This document shows positions 41,224 through 54,380 of a stretch of 64,000 bases of DNA, piece by piece. Below the pieces are notes generated by a model. The model was given only the letters and a program-made list of their open reading frames with translations, was not told the DNA's origin and made no database searches. This DNA comes from Amoeboaphelidium protococcarum X5 (Eukaryota; Fungi; Aphelidiomycota), in assembly GCA_023515725.1 (NCBI GenBank), contig JALDTO010000266.1, forward strand, positions 1,403,580-1,467,579, in the 5' to 3' direction. Each line of letters starts with the position of its first letter. The first letter of the stretch is position 1. The position numbers and the translations under genes were made by a program.

Positions 41224-44200
41224 ATGAATTCTCTGCTACCTTATGCAGTTGAGAGGAGCTAGAACAATGTTCAAGAGATTCTGTAGTGTGAAGATATGAT
41301 ACAGCTCACTCTACTTAGTAGACGTCTGGAGGCCTCGTTCTAGTTCAAGTATCCACCACTGGCGATGGAAGAGTATCGGCAGCTAGTTGAATATTATCTG
41401 AAGGCGCTTAATTAATTGCTGAATATGGATGGTGATGAATTTGCTCTGATTCCACAAGATACACTGGAGATTGCCAAGTAGGTTATTTGCACTCTTATTA
41501 TCGTTATTGAACGTCATCATTACTATGATATCACTTTGTAACTGGATATGCCTAAATTCTATCGTACTTTCACCAAGCTGTACAAGTAAAATTCCGTGTT
41601 GATACCTAGCTTTTTAAAGTTAGTTCCCATCATTCGCAAATGGTTTACTCTATCTGATGATTAGCTGAAAATTATGGTCCAGTCCATTTAGCCGCATCAT
41701 AAAACGTAATTAGTATTTGCTCATTCAATGCTCTGTCTGTTCTGTCCAACTGATCTTAAAGCTGTCAGTGATGAAATGATTTTTAAAGTTCTGGACTGGT
41801 TAATGTTCACTCATACAATGATCACTCTGAGGTGTCTCGATATGAACTTTGTTGATTTTCTGAGTCGTACCGTATTTGATAGATATCCACATTTCAAGTT
41901 GACTAAAGAGCACCAACTGCTATTACTTTAAATCATTTTGAGATGGCTTGAAGTTCCTGCTGGATCTGGATTAAATAATTAGAATTGGACTGTTGGGTCT
42001 GGCAATCCGCTTTCGTTTGCCACTTACTAAAATCACTCAATTGCCCAGTATGAGGGACAAGGCTCCCTATTCTCAAAGCATAGAAGGGACAAGTTCAAGA
42101 GTGCCTCTATTGCTATCACTTATGGAGTCGATGATTTTTAATTACTGAAATCCTTGATAAAGTCTGTGGATGTGTATGTCCATCCAAGTAGTCATAGCAG
42201 TTGTACTGGGAGAATTGTCAAGTTGGTGGCGCTGTTATGTGAGACTCTCCATTCTCGTGTGCGTATGGAGAAATATGGTTAGACTAGATATGAAGAGAAT
42301 GCGTTTATCTCGTATGAAGATCTATCTCATCGAGTCAGATTATTCTATTCTTTATTAGAGGTGTCTGTGTTTGGAAAGGATTAGAAGAGTGTTAGCGAAT
42401 CTTTGGCTGGTATTAGACACTTGGTATGGTTGGCGCCAGAGATTATCAATGATGCCGTTGTGAAAGTTCTCCCTAGTCTTGAAGGAGTTGATATGGCGCA
42501 CAGAACTTCTAGTAGTTTATAAATGTTGTCTTATATGAGCATTCCTATGATTCATAGATTCCATAATCCATCTGGTGCAGAGTAGATGAATATGCTTCTG
42601 CGTCTGTCTCTACCTGGCATTGATATGAATGATCCCAACAAGACTTTTAATACTCTGTTAATGTACTGCAAATTGTTTGTGTTTATACCATTGCATTAAA
42701 CTGCTACTGTTGGTGTAAAGTGTGAACTTCCATCTGATCTTGCAGGATACAGAGGTCCAGTCAATGGTTAGTAGACTCATGGCGATGCTCAAGATTTAGA
42801 AGCATATATAGAAAGTACCGCTATCCTCACGTAGTATTTGCCAGAGTTTTTGTTCGAGTTACTGAACAAAATTGAAGTCTTGATTGAGAACTTGCCTAGA
42901 TTGTCTGAGACTAATGCCACAATTGAAGGCAATCTGATGCATGTCGTTGTGTTTCTGTGTGATATTCTGTTCCGCTAATGCAGTGTAAGTAATCTTGACA
43001 TTGTAGAGACCTGGCTTATCAAGATTGTAAATATGGCGGCCATCCCTGCTAGTAAATTCATCTCGCAGATAATATCCATCTACCTGATTGCGCGTCCAAT
43101 TGCCCTTAAAAAGATTGCTGATTACATCCAAGTATCGATTGAGCGTGAGATTGAGTACGGCTCCGGTCGTAAGGCTTCAATTATCAAGCATTCTCACGAG
43201 TCTCAACAGGAGCTGGTTGGTGATTATATGTTGTGGTATTACCTTATTCTGTATCGTGGCTGTGCCATGTCTGTCGGTCATGCATTTGGTGCGAATATTT
43301 CAAATTCTGTCTCTGTTTGTCAGTAGATGGTTGAAAATGCATCGCGCTGGCTCTTACAAGTGGCATCAAGGACGTGTTATTCTGTTATCACCCGTATTTT
43401 GCGTTGTGTGTTGAGCAGTGTGAGTTCTATATTTGTACTTGAACGCGGTGCTATCTCTAATGATTGCACACCTGATGCTGCTACTCAATACTCTTTTCTC
43501 TGGGGACTCAGCCCTTATGAACGAGTGTGCTAGAAGCTTGGATAACCGCTAGGATCTTTTATTTTGGATGAGAGACGCCACAAGAGCAATGTTGGTGAAT
43601 CATTGTAAAAGGCTTTGCCTTAAGAGTAGTTTTGGAATGAAATTAAGTTGGAACTTAATGTTCAATGGCATATTCCTAGAGATCAAGAGAAGAAGTTGGC
43701 CTTGAGCATTGTTAAGACTACAGTTGAGCCTCTGATTGCTTAACTTAGCGGTTTCAGTGCTCTCGCTGGGCGATAATCGGCGACTTCTGAGTAGAATACC
43801 GCCCAGAATCTATGCAAATGTCTTACCCAGATATATCATGCAATCCAAGGAATGGCTACCCTTTTGGACGTGGATCACGCGAATGTGAACAAGGATGATT
43901 CTGCTCGTGCTCGCTTCTCCTCAGTGTCCAGTGTTGATGAAGACTTTTCATTGCCTGAACAGTAGGATATGGCCATGTAAGAGTCTCTGGAAGACTTGGT
44001 TGGCGGATAGGGAGGAGATTTTATGGATCATGGCATTGAAGAGGGGCATTATCTAAAGAAACCTCTGCCTGCTGGATATGTTTTCACGGATCCCAACTCT
44101 GATGAGTACAGGTACGTACTGTCGGTGAGACATAAGATTGGTTAGTCGTTGCTGTAAGTTTGTCAATTCATGAAAGATAATCTTAGCGATAATATTGAGT

Positions 44201-47187
44201 GTCAGATCATGCTTGTGAAGTCCATTCGCGCGTATTTGGTTGATCGCGGTCTGGAGAAGGATCGATATGATGATTACAGTAGAGCCTACTTGTTTATGAA
44301 GAGTGTTCTGCGCATTGGTTCTCGCAGAGAGTATAAGATGTATTCACATTATTTGTGGCTAAAGAGACTGCAACTGGCTCATCATGCTAGATTGAAGCAT
44401 AACAGTTTGAGCGAGAAAGGGAATCTGGTTGATATCTAACTTTGCCGTCAGTTACTTGGTCATTTGGTAGAGCTTGCAACTGGGAATTACACGGACGTTC
44501 GTATAGAATCTTAGCATGTACTGTTGAAATTGCTTAGCTCTTTTGCCAAATTGAAATATCATATTCTAGATCAGACTTTTGAGCTTATCAGAGAAACTTT
44601 GAAGCTCTTGGCCAAGTCTCCTAAAGATTCTTTGTTGTTGAATAGACTCAAAGGCGCACTGAATATTCTGTCGTTGAAGCCGTTCAGCAATGTTTATCGT
44701 CGGCGATGGAAGTACATATCCAAGTTCTTGGTGTCAGTGGTCAAATGTTTAGCCGTAGATAATGCCCACGTTCAGGATTTGGTGCACAATGTCTTTCTAG
44801 ATTTCATCAATAAGTTTCAGAGTCCCCCTTTGTCCGTCAACAGACTGGAGTTTGTAAAAGCTTCTGATGCGAATTTTACTCAAGTGCAGAGTAAGCGCTT
44901 TAGCGAGCACCTCTAGATCTATAATGATTTGATTGTCTCGCTATTGCACTTGGAGTAGGTGGCCAGTCATTGGAAGAGTAGTGCTTTCATCTTGAATATG
45001 GTGGATATGTTGTTGAGACCCGATGTTCCGTTGAGGTCAGATGTTGTGACTTCTATTGTATCTAATGTTAATAACGAGTCTCTAGCTGTAAGAAAAGTTG
45101 CATAGGCAGCTTTTGTTGGCCTGGTGAAGAAGATCAAGGTGCGCAGCTAGTTATTGGATCCGAAGATGCCTTAAAAGTATAAGCTGATTGCTTCATAATC
45201 GCAGTATGTTGGCTCAGGGGCTGCAGAGTAGACGGAACTGTTTATTGATGATCAATCTCTTGGCTGGCTGTTCAGTCCTTCTAGTTTCAAGGCTTATTTG
45301 AAGAATACTGATGATGCAAATTTGCTTTTGTATAAGTTGAAATCTACCGCTGAATTGCCTGTGTATTAGAGTCTGATTAATTTGGTGTCTAGCTCTGAGT
45401 TTTGGTAGTCCTTACTGAAGTTCAATGCTTTAGAGTCGACCAAGTTTAATTCTAAACGCGCCGCATAGCCTGGAGAAGAGCACTTTTCAACTTTGAACGT
45501 AAACGTTTATAAGCAGATATTCAGAGTAATTGAGGATCAGGTTCTGTATAAAGTTATTAGTCCCATGGTAGAGCCGTGGTTCAACAAGTTGGATGATAAA
45601 GCCTTGAGTAGGGCGGCCTCTGAGTTTTCTACTGGTCTGGTGCTTGGCAGTAAGTTGTGGTCGCAGTAGAAGAAGGATAAATTGTGGAGTTGGTTAACTC
45701 CGCTGTTGAGAAAAGCTTTGCTGGGATGTACTTAAGAGAATCTGTAGTTCTGGCATTACTTTATACGTTTATCCTGCTCTCATCACGACTTGCACAGAAG
45801 AGTTTAATTGCAATAGCTTCTTCTCGATGATCCTCTACTTGCCATTAACATTGACGCGTAGACGTCGTCATTCGCCGAGTTGAAGAAGTTGAAGTTTAAA
45901 TTCTATTTTATGGCTGCTTATTAGTTCAAATTAAAGCCACAAGCTTAGAAAATGGCTCTGGAGTATGCTCAACTTATCACATGTCCATCCAAGTAGGTTC
46001 GTGAAATGCTTGCTCTAAACATAAGTCAATGTCTTCTTGCATCTTATCAACCTAATGAGCTGGTAGATTAATTGCAGATGCCAAAGCTTGAAGGATGGAG
46101 AAAGTTACTCGCCGTAGATCAGAATAGCTTGCAACTGTTTGAGTCTCTATCATCAATCGACAGGTAGAACGGAGACTTGGTGGTAGGAAAAGTTTACGGA
46201 TCAGAATTTGGATAATCTGCGAAATCTATGTTGTAATTTATTGTGGAGCCAATATCTGCGGGGTAAGGTCACCGTATTTTGCCTCTTTTGCTACAAGGTA
46301 ATAGTCCCTATATTCAAGATTTACTGCGGCTGTAGTCAGTGGACGATTTGGAACTTGCCAATGCGGCAGTAAATGTTCTGTCTATCGTTCCAGACATGAG
46401 TATTCCGCCTTATGAACGCATAAGCTTCACCAAGACTCTTCTCGATGCATTCCGCACAGGTTTAGTAGAATGCGCAGCCAAAGATGAAGAGTCCAAAAGA
46501 AAGATCAAGCTTCGTATTCTCGCAATGTTGCAAGTTGTCACCGTGAGAAATATTTTGTTCATTCTGAAGGAGTAGGAAATTGTCGATGTTGTTGTGTCGC
46601 TATGTCTTGAATTGTTGGTGGATTAAAGTGTAGAGGTGAGAATATTGGCTGGTATAACTATTGGTGGTCTTGTGAGATTATTCAATAGTCAATCACTGAT
46701 TGATGTCTTGCGTAAGAAATTTGTATCTTTTATTGCCGCCGCTGGAAAAGAATCTACTAGTGGAGGAGGTACTATGTCTATTGCCAAGAAACACGGTGGA
46801 ATTCTGGGATTATGTGCATTGATCCAGGCATATCCTCATGATATTAAGTCTTTTACTGCAGAAATTCTGGTTCAGTTATCAAGACATTTAAAAGAGCAGT
46901 CGCCAATTGACCGCTCTGTGAAATTGCTTTTCGCTAGTTTCCGCAAGTCTCATCAGGATACCTGGCATCAAGATGTTCTAAACGGAGAATAGGAAGATTA
47001 CTATGACATTTATGGTTACAGTAGAAGTAAGAATAGGAGTGGCGGAACGCGTGATAAAGCAGCCAATCAGCAGAGTGCTGTCGTTCCTTCTGGTAGTGAT
47101 GATGATGTTCGTAATGGAAAGTTTACGTAGGCGCAATTAGACAAGCTGGAAGGATTACTTACTAGTGCATCAACTTACTATGCATGA
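41224..47187 (+). CDS. BLM10/PSME4: Proteasome activator Blm10/PA200 (~1987 aa)
   Basis: NSLLPY start, YVHPSSHS, LPGIDMNDPNKT, KHGGILGLCALIQAYP, FRKSHQDTW, C-terminal HbYX motif TYYA-stop. Confidence 0.9.
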
Positions 47188-47569
47188 TGATGTGTACAAT
47201 TCTTTGTATTTAAAAATAAAAATTGATACGAAAACTTTTACAGTCTTCTTCCATTTTCTTGAATTACTCTAACAACATGTTGAAGGACGCCGACTCTCAC
47301 AACTCTTCATTTAAAGATCGTGATCAGGAGCGAGATTAGTCGAAAGCGCCAACAAGCCCCTGAACATGCAGCACAGAAATGAAATAGAGGCGCAGTGGGG
47401 CAATATTTTCGCATTGCCGCGTATTCCATTCACCTTCCTTAACGGTAAACTCGCGCGTTATTCATCCTTGTTCAGTGGCTATTATCTGATTTTCAATATA
47501 CCTTACGGCTGCTGTAAATAACACTAATAGAATTTCCGTTGAAATTATAGATAAATCATCATCACTAAT

Positions 47570-49045
47570 ATGAGCGAAAGTACCACTAATATTCCCAAGG
47601 GAATTACACGTCAGGATGTATAGAATAGCCTGATGGCGTAGAATGAAATGCTAAAAGTGGCGTCTAAATATTATCGCAAAGTGCTGGAGATGAGCTAGAC
47701 TAGTCTGGAGTTTGCTAACAGTCTCGATGATGTGTCCAAATGCAAAGGAGCTGAATAAAGCGGCGTCGGTCTGAATAGCGCTGCTGAGTTGCACAGGCTT
47801 ATCGCGAAGCACTAGGAGCAGTTGGCTGAGCTCATCCATAAAGAATATGAGGTCCCGCTGCAGCGTAATCTTGCCACTCATACGAAGCGTATTGAGGAGA
47901 ATGATCGTCAATTTGAGAAGACCATGAAGAAGATGCAGGATGACATTAGCAAGACTGAGAATAAGATGCTGAAGGGAAGGAAGAAGGATCTGGCCGTATT
48001 CCAATAGTCCCTTAAAGACATGCAGCGTCAGGCTGAGGAGCTGGAGCAGATTAGAGAGCAAAACAACACGCGTGTCCTATAGGAAGAGTAGAGGCATTTC
48101 ATGTTCCTTGTGTAGAAGGCTGCCGGTGTGGTAAAGAGCGAGTATGATCATTACTCTGCGCTGGCACTGCTCAGTAGAGATGTCACCGAGGAGATTATTG
48201 GTATTGCATTCGCTCCACCTGGCAAGACTTTGGACCAGGCAGAGAAGCGGCGCGTCGTTGAGAAGTTCTTGGGCTCTAGTATCAGTGTCACTGGCAGTCC
48301 TCAGCTTCAGCATAGAGATTCTATGAGCAGCATTGGAAATACTATTAGCAGTGGAGGCAACAATTATAATGGTGGGTTTGGTGATGACGCTGAGTCTCGT
48401 AGAGTCAGTCAGAGCTCATCTGTTGTCGGTCAGGTTATCCATCATTATATCAAATCCCCTCAAGGAACTGGTCCCGCCGGTCAACTGCCGACTGTTGGTG
48501 GTAATAGCGCTAACTCTGCAGCACGACCTGCAACTCCTCCAACCACTCCATAGCCACTGAATACAAGACGCTCATCCAATAGCACTGCAGAAAAGGCCGC
48601 TGCAAGACGATTGAGTTCCGGTCAAATGAGTCCGCTGATCCAAGATTCACTGAAAAAGTTGAACTTGGCTGCATCTAATGTAGGTGCTTCCTAGTAGTAG
48701 TAATCTATAGAGAGTGGACAGCCTGCATCGACGCAGTAGAAAGTTGCGCGTGCAGAATCCAACTCATCATCATCTGTTGCTAAATTGACTAAAGTTGTAG
48801 AAGAAGAATCTGCTGCTGCTGGTGCCGGTGCTGCCGTCTCTACTAAGAAGACTGATCTTGATCTGGTTGTTGCTATTCATGACTTTGCGGCTAGAAGTGA
48901 ACGTGAATTGTCCTTTGGAAAGGGCGACGTATTGCTGGTAAAGTAGAGAAATGATAATTGGCTGTACGCTACTCATCATCCTGCTCAGGTTGGTGCCAAG
49001 AGCGGCTGGATCCCGGTCAGTTATACCAACAGTCATTAAGGTTGA
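47570..49045 (+). CDS. I-BAR/IMD (Ivy1-like) domain + C-terminal SH3 protein (491 aa)
   Basis: Helical N-terminus ITRQDV...ASKYYRKVLEMSQTSLEFANSLDDVSKCKGA...RKKDLAVFQQSL; SH3 VVAIHDFAARSERELSFGKGD...W..GWIPVSY. Confidence 0.75.
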
Positions 49046-49397
49046 GAGAGTAACAGAGGAAGATGAGATAGTATGTTTGAATTGAATAAAAGTAGACTTA
49101 GTTAATAGCTTTTATTATTATCTTATCCTCTTAATGTTTAAGATCTTGAACATGATTTAATACAAAGAGCTAGTTTAATTGCGCATATTGCAGTCCAATC
49201 AACGCTGCCGTTGTGACTTGGTCATAATAATAGACCATCAATCAATGGTGTAAGCGGTGGTATTCCCACGTCTTCTCTGCACTTAAATCGATAGTGTTAG
49301 CATTTATAAGTAGCAGAAAATAGTTTATAGACTTTACTAAATACGCGTAAATATATTAATTGAAATTACAGACCTCTCAAGTGACCATCCACAAGTA

Positions 49398-50248
49398 ATG
49401 AATCAAAACTGTGCAAAGTGTAACAAGATTGTCTACCCAACAGACAAGATTCAAGCTAATAACCAGTCTTTTCACAAACTGTGCTTCAAGGTATGATATT
49501 GTACTGCACAGAAGATATGATAACAATATGATTATATTTATTGTAGTGCAATGAGTGTGGATTAACGTTAAACTTGAAGAATTTTCAGTCGTTCAACTAG
49601 ACGCCTTACTGCAAGGCTCATCTGCCTAAGCACAGTGCTACCGTTGTGGCTGATACTCCGGAGAATAATCGTATCAGAAATGTGGCCTAGATGGTCAGCA
49701 ATGTGCAGTACAGAGCTGATTATGAGAAGATGAAAGGTGATGCTGGTGGATTTGGTCAGGCTGCTCTAGAGGCGCCCGAGATTAAGAATTCAATGAAGGC
49801 TGCCCAGTAGATCAGTCAGGTCAGGTACACGCACATAGCTCATGATGGCCCAACTAATTCGGCTTAATCCAACAACAGCGTTCACTCTGCCAATAGATCT
49901 ATTGCTAGTGCATCACCAGCTGTATCCAATGCAATGATCAACTAGTACAGCGCACCTGCACCTGTAGCTGTAGCTGCCGGAGTTGAAGTTTAGTAGTAAT
50001 AGCAAGCTGTAAGAGCAAGTTAGCAGTAATTGGCACCGGAAGATGTTCAAGCTTCTGCGTAAAACATTGCTGCCATGCTTTACAAGGCTTCTTTCGCGTA
50101 CCACCCTGATGCTGATGATGAGCTGTCCTTCGATGTCGGTGACAGCATTGTGGACGCACAAATCGTAGCCGAGGGATGGTTGTACGGCACGAATCAGCGC
50201 ACCGGTAAAGCGGGTCTTGTCCCAGAGCCATACGTGCAGAAAGTCTGA
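49398..50248 (+). CDS. LASP1: LASP1-like LIM-nebulin-SH3 protein (intron 49491-49546)
   Basis: MNQNCAKCNKIVYPTDK...FHKLCFK|CNECGLTLNLKNF...YCKAH LIM; nebulin repeats VADTPENNRIRNVAQMVSNVQYRADYEKMKG and APEIKNSMKAAQQISQVRY; SH3 DELSFDVGD...EGWLYGTNQRTGKAGLVPEPYV. Confidence 0.88.
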
Positions 50249-50967
50249 ACTGATCATTCATTTTTTTCATTGCACGCATTGGTTTGCTGGGCTGTTGATG
50301 AGTGTTGATCGTATCGGAAGCGTGTATTTTTTGGTACTTGAATGATGTTTCTCAATTGAAATGACTAAAATAGATTTGTCTCTTTGTTTCATGGTGATTT
50401 CTTCTTGCACACTGCATAAATGATGATGGTCCCTTCATTCTATGAAAGACTCTGACGGTGAAAGCTGGAGCGGTAAAATTTCTCCCTAGAATATAGTTTC
50501 AGATTAGCTTCTCTTCGCCCAGAACTTTTTCAGTATTGAAAGTGTCGATACACCCACAGTAGTTGCTGATATAATCTCGATTCATCGCGGACCAAGAGGA
50601 TGGATTTACGAAACGCAAAAACATCTTCAGTAGAGAGACTTTGCACAGAAGGAGATCTCAAGTCCAATCGCCTGGAAACGTTTCACCGTTGAAACAATTC
50701 AACTCTATCGATTGTTTGTTTGATTTCAAAAGTGCCCAGACTGTAGAAGCCACGTTCTCTTATTATTCTTTCACACAGCACTTGAATTGAACTGACTGGA
50801 CTGACTGAGAAACTATCTTCACGCTCTCTTTCCCAGGCGACGTTAAGTTATTCTGAGACTAATATCAACAAAGTTTGTTTCAACTTGGTAATTAGTATTC
50901 ATCGTAGTTGCCTTAATATACATCAATCATATTGTAAAGTCAAAGTAAAGTCAGATTAAAATCAACT

Positions 50968-53917
50968 ATGGCCAGCAAGCAGATTGTGAATAAAGCTCCG
51001 TAAGAAGCCGGATTGTATCTGGTTCCCCTGGTTTACACTGGACAAGGAGACGTTCTAGTTCCCACACATCAAGTATCTTGCCAAGCTAACGGTATGTATC
51101 ATATTTTTTCATGTTTTCTATATCATATCTTCTATTGCTGTTTATGCCTCTTTCGTTTATGAATGTGTAGTAATTAATCTCCTCTGCCATAATCAAGTAA
51201 CGTAAACTTTCAAGGTGAGTGCGATTTAGAATGCAGCAGACATTGTTGGGGATGTTGAAGCCATCTATCGTTTGCCACTTGTCGATAGAGCTCTCATTAA
51301 CGGGCTGGAAATTAACATTGATGGAAGGAATATCACAACTTCCATCTCTGATACTGACACCGGTAACAATCAAGAGGATATGATTGCCTAGATGGACAAG
51401 CCCAAGCGTGAATTGTTGCAGATCAATATGGGTCAACTGAAGTCCAACTCTATCGTTACCGTATCTATCTCTATGCTATATGAGCTAAAGAATTATAACC
51501 AGCAATGTGTCAATTACGTTATACCTACCCATTTGATTGGAAAGGACTGGAAGGAGGACCATAAGGTTTCTTTCAAGGCCAGTATTCATTTCTAGATGCT
51601 GTCTCAGATTAAGAATATTGTTTCATCCGTACCAGATGCGTAAATTGAACTGAATTGTGCCAGAGATGCTAATAAGCGCGTAGTAAAGGAGGAAGATAAG
51701 GCTAGACATGCACAAGTGAACGTCGATTTGAAGTTGTCTAAGGAAGACTTGTCATCTGAGCACACTCTGTCCATCTTTACTGCAAAGTGGGGCTAGTCTA
51801 TGGCTATTACTGAATTCAATCCCAAGACTAAAACTTACTGCACCATGTTGGATTTGTGCCCATAATTCAAACAGGGAGAAGGTGAGATGAAGTGTGACTT
51901 CGTAATTTGTTTTGATATGACTTCCCAGATGGTTGGTGGCAAGGCATATAGAATGAAATAAGCAATTCAGGTGTTGTTGAAGTCGCTACCTGAAGACTGT
52001 TTCTTCAACCTAATTGGCTTCGGTGCTGGCTGTGCTGCCATGTAGCCGTATAAGAGCTTAATCAATGGCCCTGATGCTCAGGAAATGGCCACTGCTTTCT
52101 TGGATGGAATACAGCCAGACATGGGTGCTAAACGTGATTTAGAAGTGTTTAAGAATGCTTTTACTGAAATCAAATTATAGCCTAATTATCGCCGCCAAAT
52201 TTTTGTGATTACTGGTGGAGAATTTGAGAAGGCTGATGAAGTGCTCAAGTATGTTCGTAGCTAGTCTAATGGTGGTAGAGGAAGATTGTTTTGTGTTGGC
52301 ATTGGTAAAGCGTCAAATCCGGCGTTCTTGGAGAAGTTGGGCTCTTATGGAAGTGGCGAAGCATACTTTGTCAATTCTCAGGATAGGTTGGAGCTGAAGA
52401 TGTTGGCCATGTTGAAGAAGGCTATGCAACACGGCGCACGTAATTTCAGAGTACGCTGGGTTGACAACAAGGTGTTTTAGTCTGCCGCGCCATCCACTCC
52501 CGAGAGTGCCAGTACGAAGAGTAAAGATGGATCTACGAAGACTTTCGGTATGAAGGACTTGTTTACTGTGGATGAAGCTGATGTGGCCAAATAAGAGTCT
52601 TTCAAATTTGACGAACACGTTCTATGTCAGACCCCAGCTGATATTCATTCTCTGTACGTTGGTAAGAGAACTTCGGTGTTTGCGTTCACCAAGTTACCTG
52701 CTCAGCTACTGAAGGAACTATTTCTGTCTGCTGCCTCCACGGAAGGCCCATAAGACTTTACGGCTGAGGTTGTGAGCTCCGTCATGATTGTCGGTGAGAA
52801 TGATGTGCCAATCATTCATACTATGGCTGCAAAGCGCTTGATCAATGATTTGGAAGACAATCGCTCCTACTTTCATATTGGTCTTCCTTTCCATCCGACG
52901 CTGGAGGCTAAGAAGAGATCTCCATCTCAAGTTGATGCGAAAGACATCTCTGCAACTATTGTCAAGCTAGGCAAGGAGTACAGTTTAATGACATCAAAGA
53001 CTTCGCTGATTGCCACGAATGAGTTTGGAGAGTAGTTGAAGAAGACAGATCTGAGCATTAATTGGATCATTCCAAGTCATCGCGCGGCTAATGCTAAGGC
53101 TTTAAGTCCACGTGGTCAGACTCCGAGTCCGTCACCAACGAAGTCTTCACTGAGCGACAAAAAGGATTCAAGTTCCGGTGATGTTAAAGGATTAGGATCT
53201 CGCAGCAGTCGCACCAGTTTATTCTCGTTTAAGCGCAAAGATTTGGGCAAGACTCCAGCCAATGCTCCTGCACCTAGTGCTGACTCTGGTAAAGGATCTT
53301 CATTAGCTCCGGGAAGCAATCAGTCGTTTGTAGAGTCTCACATTTCCTAGGGATCAGATGGTGGAGCAAAGATGTCCTAACTCTCTAGTGATCATTACGG
53401 CAATACCTCCGCCTCCATGTCCAGAATCTCAGCTGATGGAGAAGGAACAGCTACGGAGGCTTCCAATTTTCAGGAACCGCCAGCGAATGACAAGTATTCA
53501 ATTATAGTGTCTCTGCTGCGTTTCCAACAGGCTGATGGCTCTTTTGTGTGGAAGAATGAACTGGTTGATCAATTGTCTTTACTGCCTCAAGCAGTCGGCC
53601 AACAACAATAGTTGGACTAAATTTAAGCCTCTCTAGCTGAGGATGATAAGAGTACAATATATCGCAACGATATTTCAGGAAAGGTGAATAGCGGTAAGTC
53701 TCAGGTAATTCTGGATCCTAATGCTGAAGAATAGCAAGCAGTGTGGGCCACGCTTCTGGTGCTGGCTTATTTTGAAATTCATCTGCCAAGTGAACGTGAC
53801 ATTATTGCATAGAGTGAAAAGAAGGCCAACAAGTGGTTGGACTAGCCTCAGTAACTTGGCTATTTGAGCGTTTCTAAAGATCAGGCTGTCGATGCTGCAA
53901 GATCCGTCTATGCGTGA
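50968..53917 (+). CDS. VIT + vWA domain protein (VWA5A/LOH11CR2A-like); intron ~51092-51170
   Basis: VIT-like N-terminus; vWA FVICFDMTSQM...LLKSLPEDCFFNLIGFG...IFVITGG...FCVGIG; IIHTMAAKRLINDLE; YSLMTSKTSLIA; LLRFQQADGSF. Confidence 0.8.
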
Positions 53918-54380
53918 AGTTTGCATGGTAGTGAGTGCGTCGATTACGATTTGGTATTTATGATGAGGTGAATAAATGTTGAGAATAAATTAGGTCGTGT
54001 ACGTTGATTTATTTACGATAGTATCTAATTGTTTGTCGTCTATAACTCAAAATCGTCTACCGATGTTGTACAACTACTGTACATCACCGGATCTGTACTT
54101 GATTCTCAGAAATTATAGCCAGCGTAATGTTTGTATCGTTGATGTTTTCATCATGGCCAGGCTCGACTTTTTAACATTCCCACAGCTTTGTTTGATTTCC
54201 TGAAAGATGCCTTGGCAACGGATCAGGCTCGATCAGTTCAGCTTTGAGACTCAATTCAATTCAATGGTATTGGTAATGTTTGTTTTGGCCTGTGCTTGCT
54301 TGCCCACGCTGTTGTGTACTCTTTTTCCCATCCGACTCTGCACATTAAGACTTTTACTATAATTGCATTTTTGACTTATA

